Assembly: GCA_051859245.1 (NCBI GenBank)
Contig: JBHYGA010000004.1
Span: 996,030 to 1,060,029 of the forward strand
From: Gemmatimonadaceae bacterium
Lineage (GTDB): Bacteria > Gemmatimonadota > Gemmatimonadetes > Gemmatimonadales > Gemmatimonadaceae
DNA: 64,000 bases
Direction of reading: 5' to 3'
Positions 58,903 through 64,000 of the stretch are shown piece after piece. Position numbers and translations under genes: made by a program. Under the pieces are notes generated by a model. It saw nothing but the letters and a program-made list of their open reading frames with translations. It searched no databases and had not been told where the DNA came from. Within the stretch, counting starts at the first letter, position 1. Each line of letters begins with the position of its first letter.

Positions 58903-59511
58903 TTAGGGCCCGGACCGCTCATGGATCTTGAGACCAAGAGTCTCGCGCACCACGGTGGCGCCGTACTTCTGAATCGCCCACGCGAACACGGTCACACGCA
59001 CAGCGCGGGAAATCGCGAGCGCGCCGATGAATACCACATACGGCATACCGAACGCGCCAGCCGAGACGGCCAGCAACTTGGTACTGATCGGCGAAAACGT
59101 ACTGCCGGCAATCAGTAACCACCCCCAGCGCGTGAGCAGTGACTCGGCTTGTGCCAGACCGTCGGCACTCACTCCAATCCACGAGCCGTACGACGCAAGC
59201 AGCTGATTGAGTGCGTACACGCCAATGAAGAACAGTACTGTGGCACCAACAATCGTACCGCAGAACGCTGCGAACGCGAGTCGGTACGCGCGCTTGGGCT
59301 GCGCGAGTGAGAGCGGCAGAAAAAGTGCGTCGGACAATCCGGGCACGATCAAACTCTGCAACACACCGTAACCGAAGACTGCAGCGCCACTCCAACCGCG
59401 ATCCGCAAAATCATGCAGACGATCGTAGAAACGCTGCAGCCATCCACGAGGGGATGGCTGCAATGGCGCTACATCACTCGTTTTGGCCGCGCGATCTGGC
59501 GCATCACTCAC
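58903..59511 (-). CDS. YqaA/DedA-like membrane protein
   Basis: TM helices, SPISTKLLAVSAGAFGM, ISRAVR. Confidence 0.8.
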   Translation of the reverse strand: MSDAPDRAAKTSDVAPLQPSPRGWLQRFYDRLHDFADRGWSGAAVFGYGVLQSLIVPGLSDALFLPLSLAQPKRAYRLAFAAFCGTIVGATVLFFIGVYALNQLLASYGSWIGVSADGLAQAESLLTRWGWLLIAGSTFSPISTKLLAVSAGAFGMPYVVFIGALAISRAVRVTVFAWAIQKYGATVVRETLGLKIHERSGP

Positions 59512-59518
59512 GCGTAAC

Positions 59519-61213
59519 TCACTGACGACGCGCGGCCCGACGGGCTTCGGCCATTTTCACCGCTTCGTACGCATTCACAATACCCCCAGATGCCGACAGC
59601 GAACCAAACGTGACACGCGCACTCGCCTCGCCACCGGGTGGCACGACCTGCACGTTCGGCAACTTGGTGACCGACGCAATAAGAATGTCACGCACGTCAG
59701 CGGCTGTGAGCTCCGGATAGTAGGCCATGAGCAGCGCGGCTACGCCAGATACCACCGGCGCCGCCATGCTCGTGCCACTCTGCCGCTCGTACTTGCTGCC
59801 CGGCACGGCAGAATAGATGTCGACGCCGGGTGCGAACAGATCGACACTCTGCTTGCCAAAGTTCGAGAATGGCGCGGCGAGTTCGTTGCCGCCCTTCCAC
59901 GAACTTGCCCCAACCGTCAGCCACAACCTGGCCTTCGCGCCGCTGCCAAGATCCGCGTTCGGGAAGTTCGGCGTGACATCAATGTCTTCCCCATCATTGC
60001 CCGCCGCGTGCACGAGCAACACACCTTTCGACTCGGCGTAGCGCACGGCGTCATCTACCAGCGCCTTCTGCGGTGAATACGCTTTACCGAAGCTCATGTT
60101 GATGATGTGCGCCCCGTTGTCTACGGCGTAGCGAATGGCGTTGGCGACATCCTTGTCGCGCTCGTCACCGTCTGGCACCGCGCGCACGCCCATGATGCGC
60201 ACGCCGTCGGTCACACCATCAAGACCAATGTTGTTACCGCGCACGGCGGCAATGATGCCGCCAACGTGCGAACCGTGTTTGGCATCGGGGCCGGTGATGT
60301 CGGCGTTGCCATAGGTACGCTGCGCACCGTCGGCATAGTTGTCGCCCACAATGTTGCGCGGGTCGAACAACGTGTCGAGCGCATACTTGGCCTGCGAACC
60401 ATACGCTTCACGCGCTTCGGCAATGAGCTCCGGCGTGATGTCATTGGCCGCAAGCTGCAAATACATCTGCTTCGCCTGCGTCACCTGCGGCGTGGTAGCT
60501 TGCAGCGCTTCCACCTTGGCTTTGGTGATGTCGCCCGCGATCTGGCCGCGCAGCAACGTGACGGCGCCGTCGAGTGCGCGACCGATGTTTTCAACCTGCG
60601 CGAGTGTCCCCACCACTTCCGTACGCTTTTCCGAATACTTCTCGGCGATCTTGTTGCACGCCTCAACGCGCGGCGCCGTTTGTGTTCCACCGTTGGCGCG
60701 TTCGGTGTTGCAGCGCGCATACTCACGGGTGAGTTCGAACGTGTCGTGATGCACGTTCTTGCCATCGGCGCCGCCAATGAAGTTCCAGCCGTACACATCA
60801 CCGGCGTAGCCATTGTCATCGGCATCACGCGAGCCGGGTTGTTCCTTTTCGTTGCGCCACAACACGGCCTTGAGATCCGCGTGCGCGGTGTCCACGCCAC
60901 CGTCAATCACGGCCACCACCACGGTGCGACCAGGTGTACGGCCCGCAAGCAATTCCTTGAGCGCACGATCGGAGCCGGTGCCGGCAATGCCGTCGGTGGC
61001 GAGATCACGCAGCTGCCAGTTCACGGGCGACTCATCAAGCCGCACCGCTGGAGGCGGCGTAACGGGAGCAGATGCGGTGGCCGCAGCAGGCGCGGGCGCG
61101 GTGACGGGTGCGGCACCTGGTGCGCAGGCAGCGGCAACACCGAGCACCAGCAGTGCGCGTGGCACAGACATCAGGCGACGCGAGGCAACGTTGAAAGCAG
61201 ACGAAAGACGCAT
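59519..61213 (-). CDS. S8 subtilisin-like serine peptidase, lipoprotein
   Basis: AVIDGGVD, HGSHVGG, AAGN, GTSMAAP catalytic triad; AAAC lipobox. Confidence 0.95.
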   Translation of the reverse strand: MRLSSAFNVASRRLMSVPRALLVLGVAAACAPGAAPVTAPAPAAATASAPVTPPPAVRLDESPVNWQLRDLATDGIAGTGSDRALKELLAGRTPGRTVVVAVIDGGVDTAHADLKAVLWRNEKEQPGSRDADDNGYAGDVYGWNFIGGADGKNVHHDTFELTREYARCNTERANGGTQTAPRVEACNKIAEKYSEKRTEVVGTLAQVENIGRALDGAVTLLRGQIAGDITKAKVEALQATTPQVTQAKQMYLQLAANDITPELIAEAREAYGSQAKYALDTLFDPRNIVGDNYADGAQRTYGNADITGPDAKHGSHVGGIIAAVRGNNIGLDGVTDGVRIMGVRAVPDGDERDKDVANAIRYAVDNGAHIINMSFGKAYSPQKALVDDAVRYAESKGVLLVHAAGNDGEDIDVTPNFPNADLGSGAKARLWLTVGASSWKGGNELAAPFSNFGKQSVDLFAPGVDIYSAVPGSKYERQSGTSMAAPVVSGVAALLMAYYPELTAADVRDILIASVTKLPNVQVVPPGGEASARVTFGSLSASGGIVNAYEAVKMAEARRAARRQ

Positions 61214-61226
61214 TTTCAGGTCGGGG

Positions 61227-61520
61227 TCAGAGTCGGTCGAGGGCGTCGTTGCCGATCACGGGAATCCAGGGCAGCATCTCGTAGTTCACAAGGCCGAGTT
61301 TGCTGAACGGATCTCCATCACGAATACGATCCAGCGTCGCTTGTACCCCGTGGTCGGGGATTCGGAGCAACAGCGCGCCGCCCGAGCGCGGATCAAAGGG
61401 TCCGGACGCCAGCAGCTCCCCGGCGGCCTGCAGCTCGCGCAGATACGCGCGATGGGCCTCCACGTGAGGCGTGATCACGTCAAGCGGGAAGCGATAGCGG
61501 AGAATGGCGAGTGCGTACAT
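61227..61520 (-). CDS. YciI family protein
   Basis: AHRAYL, LASGP, GG, DPF motifs. Confidence 0.9.
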   Translation of the reverse strand: MYALAILRYRFPLDVITPHVEAHRAYLRELQAAGELLASGPFDPRSGGALLLRIPDHGVQATLDRIRDGDPFSKLGLVNYEMLPWIPVIGNDALDRL

Positions 61521-61547
61521 CTCGGAAAGCTAATTGGGGGCTGGGGG

Positions 61548-61617
61548 GGAGCGTATTGCCGGCGTGCTCCTGGTGCTGGGGTGGAGCGTATCGCCGGCGT
61601 GCTCCTGGTGCTGGGGG
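61548..61617 (+). repeat. 35-bp tandem duplication of the family A element terminus
   Basis: GGAGCGTAT(T/C)GCCGGCGTGCTCCTGGTGCTGGGG at 61548 and 61583. Confidence 0.9.
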
Positions 61618-61788
61618 AACTGCGGCGGGAAGGGCACGAAGGCACGAAGGACACGAAGAAGAGCAACTGCAAAGGATTTTGAGGAAACAGCAACAGCGCT
61701 GCGGCTGAAACCCTTCAAATTTTTGCCGTTTTCGTGTCCTTCGTGCCTTTGTGTCTTCCCGCCGCAGTTCTACCAGCACCAGGAGCAC
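61599..61788. repeat. Intergenic long inverted-repeat element, family A copy 3 (diverged)
   Basis: Homologous arms and spacer with compensatory changes; between sufU and yciI. Confidence 0.93.
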
Positions 61789-61810
61789 CTGCGCGCTACG
61801 ATCCGGACGA

Positions 61811-62293
61811 CTACGGCCGAGCCGCCAAGCCCGCCTCATCATCACCGTCAATCGCATCCCGCAGCGCCTGCCACGGCATACGCGCGCAGCCCACACGCTG
61901 CGGATATGCAGCCACACCAGCCAGCGCGATCAGATCTCCCGGCGGCGCAGCTTCGGTTACGGTGTCGCCCTGCAGCAGACGTTCCACACGCTCAATGAGC
62001 GTGCGTGCCTCGTGCATCGCGAGGCCGCGCACAGTCTGTGCAAGCATGGAGGCCGACGCGGTGGCGATGGAACAACCACGTCCTTCAAAACCAACCTGCG
62101 TGATCGTGTCGTGATCAACGGCGATAGCCACACGAAACTCATCGCCACACAGCGGATTCTTGCGCACACCAAATGATGTTTCGTTGGCCAGCGCACCACG
62201 TCCGAACGGCGCGCGGTAGTGCTGCAGCAAACGATCCTGATACATCTTGGCCAGCGTACGCTCGAGCGGTCTGGCCAGTGGCGCGTGTGACAC
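61811..62293 (-). CDS. sufU: SufU/NifU-like Fe-S cluster assembly protein
   Basis: NPLCGD, GCSIATASAS, RVGC; follows sufS. Confidence 0.9.
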   Translation of the reverse strand: MSHAPLARPLERTLAKMYQDRLLQHYRAPFGRGALANETSFGVRKNPLCGDEFRVAIAVDHDTITQVGFEGRGCSIATASASMLAQTVRGLAMHEARTLIERVERLLQGDTVTEAAPPGDLIALAGVAAYPQRVGCARMPWQALRDAIDGDDEAGLAARP

Positions 62294-62294
62294 G

Positions 62295-63581
62295 TTAGTC
62301 GCCGTGCACAGCAAACAGCTCTTGTGCCGCTTCGAGCGCGACCGCCAGTGCCTCTACATCACTTGCGTCGCTGTACACATAAAAACTGGCGCGGGCGGTC
62401 GCGCTCGTGCCAAGCCGGCGCATGAGCGGCTGCGCGCAATGATGTCCCGCGCGAATGCAGACCGCGTGCTGATCGAGAATCGTGGCCAGATCATGCGGGT
62501 GCACATCGGGCAGAGAAAAACTCAGCACGCCACTGCGCTGCGCGGCTGGCGGACCGTAAATGTGCAGCCCTTCAATTGTGGCGAGTCGTGCGTGCGCGGC
62601 TTCGAGCAACGCCAGTTCATGCGCTCGCACCTGCGCCATGTCGAGCGATTCGAGATAGCGCACGGCCGCAGCCAATCCTACTGCGTCGGCGGCGTTCGGC
62701 GTACCAGCCTCGAAGCGATGCGGCAACACATTCCACGTGCTGTCAAAGTCATTCACCCACTCAATCATGTCGCCGCCAAACTGCCACGGCTGACACTCCA
62801 GCCAGCGCGCGCGCGTACCGATCACACCACCAATGCCCATGGGACCGAGCATTTTGTGACCGCTGAACGCGTAGAAATCCACACCGAGCGCGTCGAACTC
62901 TACCGGCAAGTGCGGTGCACCCTGCGCACCGTCGAGCACAATGATGGCGGGCGACTTTTCGCGCACCAAACGCACCACTTCCGCGACCGGCGTAATCGAG
63001 CCCACCGCGTTGGATACGTGCGTGAGGGCAACCACACGCGTGCGCGGCGTGAGCAACGTGGCGAGATGGTCGAGATCGATGCGCTGATCGGCCGTGAGCT
63101 CACACACCTTGAACTGCGCGCCCGTGGCCAAGGCCAACTGCTGCCACGGTACAAAGTTCGCGTGATGCTCTAGTGCGGTGACCACGATCTCATCACCGGC
63201 CTGCACATGCGCGCGTCCCCACGCGTTGGCCACCAGGTTCATGGACTCGGTGGTACCGCGTGTGAATACGAGGGTGTCACTATCGGCCGCGCCCAGAAAC
63301 CGCGCAATGGTATGACGCGCGTCGTGGTACGCGTCGGTAGCCGCGGCCGAGAGTGCGTACGCGCCGCGATGCGGATTGGCGTTGGCAGTGCTGTAAAAGC
63401 CGGTGATGGCGTCGAGCACTATCTGCGGTTTTTGCGACGTGGCCGCGGAATCGAGATAGTGCAGGCCGGACTGCGCAGCGAGCAGCGGAAAGTCCGCGCG
63501 CGCGGCGAGCGGCGCGATGGCCACCGCGTGAGGAGTTGCGGCAAGCAGCGGCGCGCTTGCGCCGGGGAGAACTGACGTCAT
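62295..63581 (-). CDS. sufS: Cysteine desulfurase, SufS type
   Basis: YLDSAATSQKP, EHHAN, SGHKMLGP, RAGHHCAQP. Confidence 0.96.
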   Translation of the reverse strand: MTSVLPGASAPLLAATPHAVAIAPLAARADFPLLAAQSGLHYLDSAATSQKPQIVLDAITGFYSTANANPHRGAYALSAAATDAYHDARHTIARFLGAADSDTLVFTRGTTESMNLVANAWGRAHVQAGDEIVVTALEHHANFVPWQQLALATGAQFKVCELTADQRIDLDHLATLLTPRTRVVALTHVSNAVGSITPVAEVVRLVREKSPAIIVLDGAQGAPHLPVEFDALGVDFYAFSGHKMLGPMGIGGVIGTRARWLECQPWQFGGDMIEWVNDFDSTWNVLPHRFEAGTPNAADAVGLAAAVRYLESLDMAQVRAHELALLEAAHARLATIEGLHIYGPPAAQRSGVLSFSLPDVHPHDLATILDQHAVCIRAGHHCAQPLMRRLGTSATARASFYVYSDASDVEALAVALEAAQELFAVHGD

Positions 63582-63970
63582 AGTGCCTCCGGGAGCGTCG
63601 ACGTGTCGCGTCGTGCTCCAATGAATACCTCACCATTCACAATGCGCACGGGAAACGTGGGCAGTGCGTCGGTGGCTGGCCCCTGCAACACCGCACCCGT
63701 AGCGCACGAGAACTGCGCGCCGTGCCACGGGCACTCGATCACCGGAGCCGGTTCCCCGTTGACGGTCAACACATCGCCGCCCGAGAGCGCAAACGCCCGA
63801 TGCGGGCAGACATCATGCACGGCCCACACCTCGGGACCGCGCCGCACCACGCACACACGTTCGCCGTTTGAGAGCACCACGCCCTGCGGCAGCCCGTCTT
63901 CGAGATCGGCGAGCAACCCGGCACGCTCAAACTCCGCGAATGACGGCTCGTGCGCACGAGATGCGGTCAC
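63578..63970 (-). CDS. Rieske 2Fe-2S ferredoxin
   Basis: CPH...CPWH ligands; within suf operon. Confidence 0.93.
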   Translation of the reverse strand: MTASRAHEPSFAEFERAGLLADLEDGLPQGVVLSNGERVCVVRRGPEVWAVHDVCPHRAFALSGGDVLTVNGEPAPVIECPWHGAQFSCATGAVLQGPATDALPTFPVRIVNGEVFIGARRDTSTLPEAL

Positions 63971-64000
63971 ACACTACTCCGTTGAGACGGGCGCCACGGG

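Noticed and set aside
61540..61620. Possible CRISPR array from 35-bp periodicity
   Set aside because: Only about two contiguous units, no unique spacers, no cas genes
63971..64000. Possible 3' end of an upstream suf gene
   Set aside because: Only ~9 codons visible; cannot be supported

Overview
GC-rich bacterial window, densely coding. Gene content suggests Gemmatimonadota, which is an inference. No rRNA, tRNA, CRISPR array, integrase or transposase was seen. The core-like backbone comprises a TetR-TolC-MFP-RND efflux operon, PLP decarboxylase, M20/M24/S8 peptidases, a GGDEF protein, phzF-like, pruA, panG-like-panB-panC, nfo, a histone-like SWIB protein, lepB, ybaL, an orphan groES-like gene, brxA/B, a natAB-like ABC pair, MOT1, a truncated haemoglobin and the end of a suf operon. 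Three compositionally distinct blocks interrupt it: (i) ~28.2-34.7 kb, three GT-C-type membrane glycosyltransferases plus a GT2 and a SAM methyltransferase; (ii) ~38.0-39.5 kb, an ICMT-like methyltransferase plus a sterol desaturase/fatty-acid hydroxylase; (iii) ~40.9-52.5 kb, a Tad/Flp pilus locus with a sigma54-type promoter, two pilins and a terminal membrane pseudokinase-PEGA gene. The most notable non-coding signal is a family of ~190-bp intergenic rod-like inverted-repeat elements (3 copies) with compensatory substitutions and strand-biased G-U mismatches. A second, unrelated 243-bp inverted-repeat element and probable operators upstream of tetR and DUF2239 are also present. Several start codons were moved from the ORF track by eye, using RBS, overlap or family N-termini.
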